64,000 nt of DNA from Cyanophora paradoxa CCMP329 (Eukaryota > Plantae > Glaucophyta). A model generated the notes under the pieces. It was not told the origin of the DNA and did no database searches. It worked only from the letters and a program-made list of their open reading frames with translations. Positions 12,001 to 25,200 of the stretch are shown here, piece by piece; positions within the stretch are counted from its first letter, which is position 1, and each line of letters opens with the position of its first letter. The stretch covers positions 157,077 through 221,076 of the forward strand of contig QPMI01000579.1 of assembly GCA_004431415.1 (NCBI GenBank), in the 5' to 3' direction. Made by a program: the position numbers and the translations under genes.

Positions 12001-15000
12001 CTTTGCCGCCCATGCTCGCCCCCTCCGGACGAGGAAGGGCGCCCGAATTGAAGATTGAGACGCCGTTCACAGAAATGTCGTCCACGAGGTCATCCGCGAG
12101 GAACTGCAGCTGGACATACGCCGTCTCGCGCGGCAGGCCTGCAACAAGAATCAATCTAGCTTAGCTTGCGTATATACTTCGTTCAATTTCATATCAACTT
12201 GCCGGTGAGGTCGATTGTCGTTGAGTACTCAACAAGACCATGTGGAGGAGACTGAGCAGTGATGAAATTAAGTGATCGAATGAACGGAATGCTAATTACG
12301 AGGCACGCACAATTCCGTTCGCGTACGGTGCGATCCATGACAAAGGCGTTTCGAAGCGCCCGTACGCGTTGTAATGTAGACTGCGAGCTGTGTGAGTCGC
12401 GGAACTCGAGACTTGGGCGGGTCACCCACAGCAGCCCGGACGCAGGAAGAACGTAGGCTTGAGTGCTGTAGGTCCCGGTCCACGACGTCCTGAAAGTCCA
12501 GGTGTTGTCGCGGACTGGATTTGTTGCGGTCTTGCTCCATCCGCTTCCCCATCTCCTTGCAACCGTGCTGTTCAAAGATCCTGAAACAGATTGATGCGTG
12601 AGATCTTCGGCCTAAACGCCGGCGACATCAGCGCACCCGTGAAGCGGCTGAATGGAGAAAAGGTTGCAAGAACCGGAGCGGCCGCCTCAGGCCCATTAAC
12701 TGCTGTGATCGACCCTCTTGACAATGTCCTGGCGGTGTAGCTGTGAACTGCCGCGTCCGCAATTGCGAACTCTGAGAAGTGCTGTGCGCTGGTCGATGCT
12801 GCCAGAGCATAGGACCATGAGCGATCAGGCACGAAGTTGTTGAGAGTTACGTCTTGGACACGCTTTACGCCATCCACAATCACTGTCAACGAAGCAGTCG
12901 TCCGGTGCGCGCCACTCTGCGCGAGGCGCAAGTTGTCGCATTCAATGATTAATAAATAGAACGATATGGTGGGAAAATTTGGACACTACGCCCGCGCTTA
13001 CCCAGTACGATGGGCCGAGCTCAATCACACAATTCTGCCATCTGCCAGTGAAGAGTCCGTAGACGTAGACGCGCGATTGGAGGCGCTGGCGCGGCCAGCG
13101 AATGTCAATGTAGCCGCCGTTTGCGTCCGACCCGAGGCATCTTCCGACAAATTGAATAGATAGACCAGTTCCAACAACGAAAAGCGAGTCCGTGAAGTCA
13201 GCGAACGCGAAGTCTTTGCGCGAGACGGTTGTCGGGATCTCTCCGCCAAAGCTGAAAACAAGTTGGTCGCCCTGGCACTTGGACCTCGTGCTGTTAGCCA
13301 CCGCGCGGAACTGGAACCGGAACTGCGAGAAGCTTGGCAGCGCTGGCGGCTTAATCACATAGAAGCCAAGCTCGTTTGGCTCGGGCGCAGTAAGACGGAG
13401 GTAGCTCCTTTCAGCAGAGGTCACAAGTGCCGCCGAGCCGGCCAAATATCCGCTGGAGCTTCCCAGCTGTGCGACAGATTGCGGCACAGTGAAGTTGCGT
13501 GCAAACAGCGTTCGCTGCCTTGCCAGCAACCTGAAGGTGCCGCGCAAACCGCTCGAGTCGAAGTTCATTGCCGAGGCCGGTCCGGCCAACGACCCGCCAA
13601 GCTGCAGCGCAAGGTTGGAGCCGTCCACTTTGAAAGAGTCTCCATCAACGCGCGGATGCAGTTCGCAGTCGAACTCGAACGCAGGAGCCGGCTTTGCCGT
13701 CTGAATGTCGGTGGAGACAGCGTACGGCCCGACGGTGGCATCGCATTCCATGCGCGACGTGTCGTCACCTGTCATTGCGGAAGATTGAGTAGATTCATGG
13801 GATGTTGAAATTTATTTCATAGAGGAAATCAAACCATCTAAAAAGTAGAATTGAGTGGCGGCGACGGGGCCAAGACCGGTGACGTTCATGTAGATCAGAC
13901 CGGACCCAGCGAGCGGCGTATCCCACGCGTCGATCTGGAGCTCCTGGATCGCGATGTCGCCGGTGACGCCTGCCAGCGAGTCGCCCCAGAACAGCATCTT
14001 CCACGAGTTGTCCGGGTTGAAGTTCGCGATCGGAGCCTCGTCGATCGATGTGACGTTGTTGATCTTGACCGTGACGAGTGCGTTGGCAGACGAGTCGGGG
14101 TCCTCCCGCACGTGGATGGCCAGCGTCTGCCATGTCCGCCCCGTCGTCGACGTCTTGGCGTAGCCGTGACGGATGTACGAGGTGCGATCAATCACCGAGG
14201 CACTTTGGCCCGCGTAGGATTGCAGGCGGACGTTCAGCCGGTTCTGCGACAAGCTCGAGAGACCCCACCAGGGGGCGTAAAAATTGCTGCGCGTCACGAG
14301 AGCAGTGGACGCCGGTCCGTAAGAGAAGCCGAGACCTGTCCCGAGGACCTTCTCTGTGACGCAAAAACCATGATGCATTCAGCCGCGCGCCATGCATATG
14401 GTTACGACTGGAACGCAAATCGATGTCCGCGCACCGGGCGTGTTGCAGCAGATTCGGAACTTTGCATAAACGCTGCAATGCGCAAATAAGTAATTTAATC
14501 GCCCATGAAAACGGATGGGTTCTGAAAGCACCTGAAGAACCTCGGGCTTCTGGGCAAATCTACAATGAAGGCCCCCAGACTGTTTTCAACCCCGTTCGGA
14601 TGAAGCTGCAGGTACCCCGGTGCGGTTGAAGCAAGTCCAGCAAGGAAAGTGCGATAGGGGTGGGGGCTGGTTCCATCGAAATTTGAGTACCAAAGCGTCC
14701 GTCCAGGCTGGAAGGAATGCGTAAGTGCGAGTGCAGAATCGACGGCGAATACATGCAAAACTCAAACCTTGAAAGTAACAACGAAACCGACGTTCCACGA
14801 ATCATCCAAGCCAGTCAGTTGTCCTGAGATTGTCGGAGCGAGCCAGATAGAAACGTTCGACCCATAAACCTGCAGACGATACATGTTTAATATCCGAGCT
14901 TAAGCGATCGTTGGAACAGGCCAGGTGTCGTTAGATGAAAATATGAAAGAAATCACGAACCGGGAACGCTACGCCATTCCGGACAACGGACACGTTGCAG

Positions 15001-16184
15001 ATGGTCGATGCAGTGGGCGACGGCGCGACGATCGCAGGCGCGCAGGCGATCGTCGAGCTGTTCGATCGGACCACCGAGACGTAACGGAAGCCTAGTGGAA
15101 GGATGGCGGTTCCGAAACGCCCGCTCTGCAAAGCCACGTCAAAGAGGCCCGGAACGTTTTCGCGTCCATTCAGCTGAGCCGAGATTGCAGTTGAATTGAT
15201 GAATGTAATCTGAACAGAAAACGTGAATATTGTTGCTAGAAGCGATATCTAATTTGCAGACCTTGGAAATGAGCGTCCCGCCGATGTAAAGAGAAAGAGA
15301 AGTGTCATTCAAAAAGTTTGTGCTGTGCACGTGCTGTCAAAATCGGCTGGACGAGAGCAGTGGAACGTATTCGCATACCCGGTGATCGTGACAGTGATTG
15401 CATTGCCCCAATTCGTCCGCCTTGGACTCACGTTGTCAATTGTGGCCTCTGTGCGCTGCGATCAAAGGAGGCGCAGACCATTGATTGTGAGAACGTACTT
15501 GGGTTGACAATGTAGAGTGTGGGGCAGACTTCGTTGATCTCGCTTCCGAATATGAGACGTACAGCGTACTTTCCTGGCGTCAGGCTTCGCGGCGGAAACA
15601 CGCGGACGGCGCGGGAGCCCAGCCCGATGAACGTGATGTCGCTGCTCTCCGCCGCGGTCGAGTTGAAGAAGACCGAGCCGGCGTAGAGGTCCACGCCCTG
15701 TACTTGGATGAACCTGCCCCCGACGGGGCCGTCGAAAGGGGCGAGGCCAGTGAGGCGCGGCTCGCCGACTGTGATCTCGGTCGAAGCAATGGACGTGCCG
15801 CGGTAAGCAACCTTCAGCGCTCCAGCGCCAAGAGGGATGTGCCCTTTCAAAAAAGTTAGAATAAAAGAATTGACGCTATGTGGTTTGTGGATAAGCCGCA
15901 CAGTATTCTGTCGATTCTAATCTGAAGTCCGAAATGCCAACTTCGTCCGCATATCCATAAACAGCATTTGAACCAAAGAGGGCGAAGTTCCTGATCATGA
16001 TCGAAGGAAAATAAGGACACAGGCAGTGACAGTCAGAATGCATAACCACTCAAGCAAAATTCACCAGTCGGCAGCAGGTTGCCAGGAAGGCAGGGGTATT
16101 GAAGGGACCAGTACTCGGCTGCGCCACGTGACACGAAGGAGAGCGCCTGCATCCTTTCCTGAATCGGGCAAGATCTCAACCTGG

Positions 16185-16217
<33 letters not shown>

Positions 16218-19200
16218 CGCGATCAGGAGCTGCATGGCCTTTCCCCGCTCATGATCATACATCCACACCTCCATAGGGTACGTTGGGCTATTCGTCAGCG
16301 CATTGTCGGTGCCGCTCGTGTACATTGTCGTCGACTTATAGATCGGTGTGGCGGTATTTGAATCGAACACTACGACAAATTGTCCGCCTGCGTACGCCCA
16401 GCTTGTCCAGAGGCGAATCTGTGAGCATGCGATGATCTGAACATCCTTCACAGCAGCTGGCACTTGAAAAAGTACACGCACGGTAATCGCGGAGCCAGGA
16501 AGGCGTCGGTGTCCATATGACGCCACGATCGGCCCGGACACATTAGCTCCAAAAGCGTGTCGCCCTATTGAGAACGAAAACCCATCGCCCCCTGCTCCAA
16601 TGTTGAAGGAAGGCCCATTGCCTGACGAGCCGCAGCACAGCTTGTACCGCCACGAGGCCTTGAAGAACCGCGGCACGCGTGCCGGCACGAACACCCAAGC
16701 TCCGCCCGCCCGCGGCAACGCCGGCACAAGCTGAAGGTACGGGCCGGTGGCTGCCGAGACCACGCGCGCAGTGCCCGTGAGCGAGGATCCTGACCGGGTG
16801 AATCTCCACGCGCTCGTGAAGTTCTCGGCGAAGACCAGCGAAGTCGGCGCAAACGCGAAGCTGAAGCGCGACGCGAAGCCGCCGAAAGTGGAGACGGACC
16901 CGACGAGCGTCCCGTCAGCGATGACGCGCAGGTCGCCCGCGTCGACGGCCACCGGAGCACCGCTCCGGCGCAGCTCGAGGGTGCAATTCGCAGCATTAGT
17001 GCTTGCAAAACGCTTTGGTGAGCAAAGAAGCGATGATGTGAAGTCTGGCTCTGCATCCAAATTTTTTGAAAACGAAAATCTCAAATTCTAATTTGACAAC
17101 GATAATCACCTTCCTTAAGAAGCCACGAAGCGATGGTAGAGCCGTTGCCGGCGGATCCGTCGGTCAACGCCACGACGGCGGCTCCGGCAGCCGCGGGCGC
17201 TGCAGGGTGCCGGTCCTGGCTCTCGACTCGGACTAGAGACGCGGGAAGAAAAGACAGCATCAGATGCGTGCAAACTCCACCGCACAATCACGAGAATTTA
17301 ACACAACAGAAGAGCGCGAACCAGACTGGACTACCACCTCGTTCGTGGCTGCCGTAGACGTGCCCGGATCAGACAGCAGAAGGAAGCCCCTGCGAGATGT
17401 CGAGCAGGCCGACGCCAGTCCACGTCAGATGGAGGACGAGCGATTGGCAGACTCATTTCAAGGATCGCACCAGTTCGGCGACGGCGACCAGCCAGTGAAG
17501 CGTTGATGGATTGCCCCGTCGGGGGAAGAAGCATAGGAATCTGGAGTGATGCTAACCCCATCTGCTCGCGCAAGAAATCGATTTCTCGACAGAAATCAGA
17601 ACAATCGAGCAGCGATGGCGAACCCATCTCAATCGAATACACAGCATCCGCATCAGCATTTCTATGCAAAAAAGATCGTCAGCTTTCGAATATTCGTCTA
17701 CTTGAAGCACAAAAAGCAAGCCGCCGCACGAGTCGCGATGGATCGAGAACTTCACCACGCGCCATCCGCTCGCCGGAACTGGCACCTGGGCGCGGAGTCG
17801 AGGACACGATTACGCTCGAAGCCAATTCGCGAGGAAGGAGGCGGCGCAGCGCACCGCTCCGTAGTGGTGGTTGTTGATGAGCGTCTGCTGCTTCCAAACG
17901 TAAACGTACTTATTCGGCTCGTTGATGAAGAAATTGATCCCCACGTCGGAGGCGAAGAAGAGCGTGTGCGCCGAGCTCAGCGATCTCGATTGGAATATCT
18001 GATCGTTGACGTCCGCGAAATCCACAGGCACGTTCCCGTAAACGAACGCCATCGGCACGGTGGAAATCTTGAATGTGACGGTCGCTGCGTGAACGCTTCA
18101 GTTTCCAGGCGCCAGTCCAAGCCATGCATGTGCGAGATGCACCTATGAACGTGTCCGGCGAGCCTGCCTGCGGCCGGAACGTGTAGAAGCCGCGGCATGC
18201 CGACCCGGACGCGCCCCTCGGGCACAGCGTCAGGTTCTGGTCCGCCGCCACCGCCGAGCCCGCCATCGACTCCCCGCGGGCGTACTGCCAAGGCCCGCCC
18301 CGCGAGAAGTTGCGCTCGAAGACCAACCGAGGTTCCCCCAGCGACACGTTGAACGAGACGGTCCCCGCTCCGCCCCACCGAGGGAGAAGGGGCGACGGCA
18401 CGCCCGCGAGCATACCGGCCGCCTGCACCGACATGAATGCAGGCGACCCAAGCGATGGGGCCCCCTCCAGGCGCAGCGTCGCGTTGCAAGAGAAGCTCGT
18501 TCCAGCCGCGGGGCCGGCTGGCCCCCAGGATGCGATGTCGAGGCCCGCGCCGCAGCTCAGCGAGGACGTCGCATCGGCGCCTGTTGGAGCGCGGAGCTGT
18601 GCATAAGCAACGATCGGCAAGCGCGCGGCGGACGCGCACCGCCGACGACGATGCGGTTGGATGAGACGGCCGCCGGGAGCCGCACAGTCAGGGTCCCGTT
18701 GCGCAGCACGGAGTCTCTCAGGCTCGCGTCGTACTCCTCGACCATCAGGTCGGTAATCAACGTCTCTTCCGGGTACGAAGCCACCGTGTCGGCGTAGAGC
18801 TGTCCCCAAGACACTCAGCGAGTCCAGTCGCACATGAGCCACTTCGAAGGTAGCGCGAACGCTCACCCGGAACGTCCAGCCAGGCGCGGGGTCCCAGGTG
18901 GTGCGGTCCGTGATCAGGACGTCCTCGAGCGTCGTCTCGCCATCAACCACGACGGACACGACGACGCTGCCCGCAGCCGCGCCGGGCCGGACGTGCACTG
19001 CCGCCGAGCGCCACACGCCTGCAGCCACAATGAGCATGCCAGCGTGGAAAAAACTCGAGCCACGATCAAGGCGGGTGTCCGCGGGCGCCCGCTATCGTAC
19101 ACGCATGCGCACCACCGGCAGCACCGGACGCGATGCTGCTCGTCGCAGTTCCGCCTTGTGCGTGCCGCGTCGTCGGATGCCATATCGACAAATAGCCGTA

Positions 19201-22200
19201 TTTATAGCCTGCAAGCGCGCGATGATCATCATGGCATGAGTTGAAAACTAATCGAATCTCAACACAGGGCGGGTCGGCGAGATCGCCGTGAGTGCTTTCT
19301 GGCGTGTTCCCGCGCTTCTAAATACGTAGCATTTCAAGTACAGGGCGCACCCACGTAAGTTGCGAAATGAACTGCGCAATTATGCACGTTGGTCGCAGCC
19401 ATGGAACACATGATTATTGCAGCGGATCGAGACGGGTTCGCGGCCAGCTACAGCCTGTGCGCACCGGACAATCGATCGCCCTGCATGGCGAGACAGCCAA
19501 GAGCTCCGGTGCAGTACGGAGCGGACGACGCTGTCGGCCCGTTGAACGTGTCGTTGATACGCCGCGCTGTGCCGTACGCGAACGTGAACCCGGTCCCCCC
19601 GTCTGGTTGGCGGCCCGCGTCAGATTCAGCAGCGGCGCACGGCGCGAGTGCACACTCGTGAGGGAGTTGATGGACATGAAGCGAAAGCTCGCAGTGAAGA
19701 AGCGCGGCGGCGGCCCTGCCGGCTCGAAGACGAACATGCCCTCGCTCGGCGCGCCGCGCACGAGCCGAAGCGCGCCGTCTTCGGGCGACAGGGCGGCGGA
19801 ACCCGTGATCGACCACCTGCGAGTTGAAGGAAGAGCTCAATAAGCTCAATGTGCAGGCTCTCGTATCTGCGACGAGCCCATCAGCACACACCGGTACGAG
19901 GTGGGAGGGCCCGCGGTGGTGTTGAAGCTCTCCTTGAAGACCACGAATCCGTAGGGGCCGCGCTCGAAGGCAACAGAGAAGTCGAAGCTCGGCGAGGCTG
20001 CTACACGAGCGAGGTCCTGCACAACGCGTCCGCGGAGCCCTCCCGAGAGCTCCGCCGTGAACGGCAGCAGGACGGGATCGAAATGGATGCTGTTGCTCGC
20101 CAGCCGCGTCTCCAGCCGGCAGGTCGCCACAGCTGCCTCTCTGATGGCGGGGAGTGGAAGAACTGCAGGAGTGCACTGCAGCGTGCTCGAGGCGTCCGGA
20201 GGGCGCACAACCCAGAGCGGGTACGGCGTGCTCTGCACTTGCGTTCCGGACGCGGCGTGGCTGTAGAACAGGGTCACGCTCCCGCTGGTGATGGATGCGG
20301 CCGCGGTGAAGTTGAACCGATACTCGCTGATGATCTGGGACCCCAAGCCTGACGCGAACGGGACGAAGGCCCCAATGGAGCCCAGGCCCGCGGAAGAGAG
20401 GCTCGCATTGACGGTGCCGAGCGGAGCAAAGATCGGCGTCCCCTGCCGGGCCGGCCGGGCCGAGCACAAGACGCTTGCGTTCACCTGCACGGCAATCTTT
20501 GCGCAGTGCACGACGACCTCCGTAGGCAGGTCTGCCGGCCGATTAATATTCCAGTGCGAGAAGGATGCACGCAACGGGCCCGACAAACAGGGGTATGCAC
20601 CAGAAACGATGAAGCTCGTGGAGAGGGCCACAGCTGCGCCGCGCATCATTGTGACGGTCACGCGCCCTGTCTGCGCGATCGACGGCACGACTGGCGCAAA
20701 GGTCGCATTTGAGTACGCCATCCCGAATTCGTCCCCGCTCGTGAAAACGACGTTCGCAACCAAGGAACCAACTTGCAGGCCCTCCGCCGGGATCGTCACC
20801 CTTGCCTCCGCATAGACATTTGCGGGAGTAACGTCGACAAATATCGGCCCGCCCGCCTTCTTTGCGGCATATGTGCACACCACGGCTTCCGCAATCCTCG
20901 CCTGCTGCGGGCACAGCAGCTGCGACGTAACTGTCGCGGGTCGCGGGGTAGCCGCGTCATCCGGCGTGTCTGCACTCGCGGTTAGGCAGATCCTTTCAGA
21001 TATGCAACGGTCCGATGGTCACGCGCGCTGTTCACTCACCAGGGTAAAGGAAGACGCCGATGGCAGCTCCGGCGGGCCAGCCCGCCACCCCGAACCGCAG
21101 GCTCGGGTAGTTCTCCGGCAAAGTGTAGTGCATGCCTGCGCATTGACCATCGACTTCCGGATCTCCAGGGATCACGATCGTCTGCACGACCGCGTCAGCT
21201 CCCCGGCCCGTGAGAAACGCAGCAAGCATTGCGCTCACCTGGTTCGCATTCGTCCTATTTATCAGGTAGACCGGAGGTGTTCCAGCAATCGTATGATGCT
21301 TCCAGGATGTGTGGATTGCGAACGGCGTGCCCCGCAGATCAAGGTTCAGGATGCCGTCGGTATCGCAAGGTCCACCCCACGCTGGATAGTAGGCGTTGGA
21401 CCCGGTAACAGCGCTGACGAAATCCATGGCGTTGACAGCAAAAGTGGGTCCGAGAGCTGTTGCGGGGTAGTCAAATCGCAGTCCCCAGAAATAATACCGG
21501 TAGGTGCCGCTGTAGATGTTGGCATAGTTTGATACCCCATACGCTCCGCCCATTGGGAGAGCAAGGAAGTCGTTCGTCGAAAAATAAAAGAAGCGGTGTT
21601 GAACGTACTCGCCCGTCTCCTGCGCGACGGCACGATGGCGTGAGATAATCCAATGCAAAATCCATTGCCAGAAGCTCGAGGCAACGAGAGTACCGAGTTC
21701 CTGAAAGCGTACATGCGCGCAGTGCCTGCTCGGAGAAATCGTGAGCGAACGGACGCGGGCACGAATTCCGATGATATCCCCTTGACGTCTCACCCGTGAC
21801 ATTCACGAGAACAGAAGCTATTACGCCCACGGAAGCAAATGAAGCGGTAAGCGGGGCTGTTCTCAGAGCATCCGCGATTGACGCCGGCGATCCGACGAAC
21901 GTGTACGTGACCTCGAAAACGAAGCTCGACCCCGAGGCCGCCATCAAAGAGCGATCAACGACCGCCGTCAGTTTCGTCGCCAACATGCCAGGGTGGCTGA
22001 GCGTGACGTTCGACGCGAGCACCGAGACGGGCTCCTCGCGCCACCGCGTGGTCAGGTTACACCTGATTGCACGGCCATCATCGTGAGCGACAAAAGCACG
22101 AATAACGACTCTGCAGACTGCAGACGTCAGCGCACCTCAGGGTTTCGCCGGTGGTCACTAAGAAGAAGTTCCGGCCGGTCTGTGGTGCGCACTGCGCAGG

Positions 22201-25200
22201 CGCACATGGTCATAGCCGAGCACGCGGAATCGATCATCAGCCGCACGCGTGCGAGCGCAAAGTTCATTATATTAACACGGACCTGCATTATGCTTGTCGA
22301 ATCCGGCTCGCCAAGAACGACGAGGGCGCGGGGCTGAACCAGAGTCCGCTCGACAGAGACGGTGCTCCCGCTCGAACTCGTAAGCACGAATGTGCCTCGC
22401 AGCACCAGGTCCCATTTGCTCTGCTCGCAAGACGCTCGTCTTAAAAACAGCACTTGGAATGCACATGCTGCTACCAGAGAGCGACTGCAGCTGCAGCTAA
22501 AATACGCACCGGCAAAAGCTCGCGTCCCGTCGCATTGAGAGGGAAAGAAAAGGAGTTGCTTGCTGTGGTGATAGGACCCGCCTGGAGCCGGACGATGCCA
22601 GTCGTGTTCGCCACAGATACATTGAAGATGCCACTCGCGCTCCCTTCCAACGTGGCCCCTGAGCCGACATGATTAGACAATTATCCTCAAGTGCAGGAGC
22701 TGGATGTTCCGTCATCACTGCACAGCATTCGCACCTCGGACTGTCGCGATGAGAGCTGCTGGGAGGGAGACGTACGACAGGCGCGGGATTGAGAGCTCTG
22801 CCGACACCGTCCAGATTGAAATGGCCGCGCTTGTCACGACGGCAGCCGGGATGGCGTCCGGGTCGCTGAAAGCGGCTGCCACATCGCAGCTGGTCGGCGA
22901 GCCCGTGGCGTTGAGCGTGAATCGCAGCTCCGGGAGACCGCTCGTGCCATTCACAACGACGATGTGTCCGGCAGCAATCGATCCCGCCACGCAGGACGTA
23001 ATTTGCACTGAGAGCAGGGCCGGAGGCACGAAAGTGCGGATTCCGCTCTTCGAAGGCACGATGGTGCAATCGACAGTGGAGTTGACCGCAATCAGGTCAC
23101 TCCCGCAGGAAGCATTGACAGCGTCCGGCACATCTGCACGAAAGGTCGGCGAGCGGCATATAAAAATACCAACAGCGAAGTATCGCGATCCAGACCCGAG
23201 ACAGCGATGACCGACGTGTTCGCGATGGGTGAGCCTCGATAAAGGGCTACAAGCCGGCCGCTCCCCAACGGCGCGAAGACTGGTGCGGACCCGCGTGCGC
23301 GCGGTAAATGAGCAAGAAATCCAGATATACAAAGGCTGCAGCGCCAGCTTAAGCGCACCCGGCTCTGTTGCCGAAATCTGCACGTCGGAAATCCCCGCCT
23401 CGGTTGCGTACCCGTACCCGGCGTTGGATCCAAAAAAGGCGAACGCCCTGTGCGGCGCGGTGAGTAGGCATTGAAATTGAGTGAATGGCGGCAACGGAGT
23501 TCAACGGAGGTTTCACCAGTCAGGCCGAGGGCTCCACCGCGGGATCGAAATGCTCGGGACCACAATGCGTCCCCGCCACGTCACCCTCAGCGATGCTCCC
23601 GCGGGATTCGCTCTATCAGGAGAGACCTCAACCTGGCAGGGGGGCATAATCAAACACTGTGAGGACTGTTTCCCCGCCCAGGAGCGCCACACCTCCATGG
23701 AATACATCGGGTCATTCGTCAGAGCGTTGTCCGTTGCAGACGTGTAGAGACCGGCGGACTGGTAATGGACGATGTTGCCGAGGTCATCGTATACATGGAC
23801 GTAATGCTGTCCCGCTCGCGCCCACAGCGTGTAGAGGCGGACCTAGACGCCGACATCAATGTCGTACCTCACAACGCCCGCACCGCACACAGCCGATAAT
23901 GGTTCGAACGAAGCCCATCATAACGCACCGTGAGCCCTGCATTTCGCGAGCGAATGTGCCCTTTTCCGTCGTTGGCGAGAACCGAATCCGGCGCCGTCAC
24001 GTTCCACCCTAGAGGAAACGCGCCGATGGAGAACGCGAATCCATCAGACGAGTATCCGACGGAGAAGCTCGGCCCGGTGCCGGTCTTGCCGCAGCACAGC
24101 TTGTACCGCCACGAGGCCCTGAAGAACCGCGGCACGCGTGCTGGCGCAAACACCCACGCCCCGCCTGCCCGCGGTAACGCCGGCACAAGCTGAAGGTACG
24201 GGCCGGTGGCTGCCGAGACCACGCGCGCAGTGCCCGTGAGCGAGGATCCTGACCGGGCGAAGCTCCACGCGCTCGTGAAGTTCTCGGCAAAGACCAGCGA
24301 GGTCGGCGCAAACGCGAAGCTGAAGCGCGACGCGAAGCCGCCGAAAGCGGAGACGGACCCGACGAGCGTCCCATCGGCGATGACGCGCAGGTCGCCCGCG
24401 TCGACGGCCACTGGAGCACCGCTCCGGCGCAGCTCGAGGGTGCAGTTGTTCGCAGAGATGTCACTGCTGGAGGCCAGCAGCCGTCTGAGGGGACAGTGCA
24501 GTCGCGATGACAAGTCCGGCGCTGCGCAGTCGGAGCACACGCGCGCGCTTTCGTCAGCCGCAAGGTGCGCTTTCGAAACCCAAGCGCGCATCAGGCACCT
24601 CCATCGAGCCTTACGGCGGCAATGGTAGAGCCGTTGCCGGCGGATCCGTCGGTCAGCGCCACGACGGCGGCTCCGGCAGCCGCGGGCGCTGCAGGGTGCC
24701 GGTCCTGGCTCTCGACTCGGACTGGCAACGGAAGAATAAAAAGAATCAGATGCACGCAAACTCCACCACACAATCGCGAGAATTTAACACAACAGAAGAG
24801 CGCGAACCAGACTGGACTACCACCTCGTTCGTGGCTGCCGTAGACGTGCCCGGATCAGACAGCAGAAGGAAGCCCCTGCGAGATGTCGAGCAGGCCGACG
24901 CCAGTCCACGTCAGATGGAGGACGAGCGATTGGCAGACTCATTTCAAGGATCGCACCAGTTCGGCGACGGCGACCAGCCAGTGAAGCGTTGATGGATCGC
25001 CCCGTCGGCTCCAGCATAGGAATCTGGAGTGATGCTAACCCCATCTGCTCGCGCAAGAAATCGATTTCTCGACAGAAATCAGAACGATCGAGCAGCGATG
25101 GCGAACCCATCTCAATCGAATACACAGCATCCGCATCAGCATTTCTATGCAAAAAAGATCGTCAGCTTTCGAATATTCGTCTACTTGAAGCACAAAAAGC

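Noticed and set aside
16176-16230. Poly-proline C-terminus and gene end at 16176
   Set aside because: The G-run is intronic; splicing ME|VEILPD continues the frame as in the paralogous modules.
19060-19070. In-frame TGA and frameshift suggesting a pseudogene or TGA=Trp recoding in copies A/B
   Set aside because: Falls inside a GT-AG intron (19019-19112) whose removal restores ...GAAG-GVWRS...
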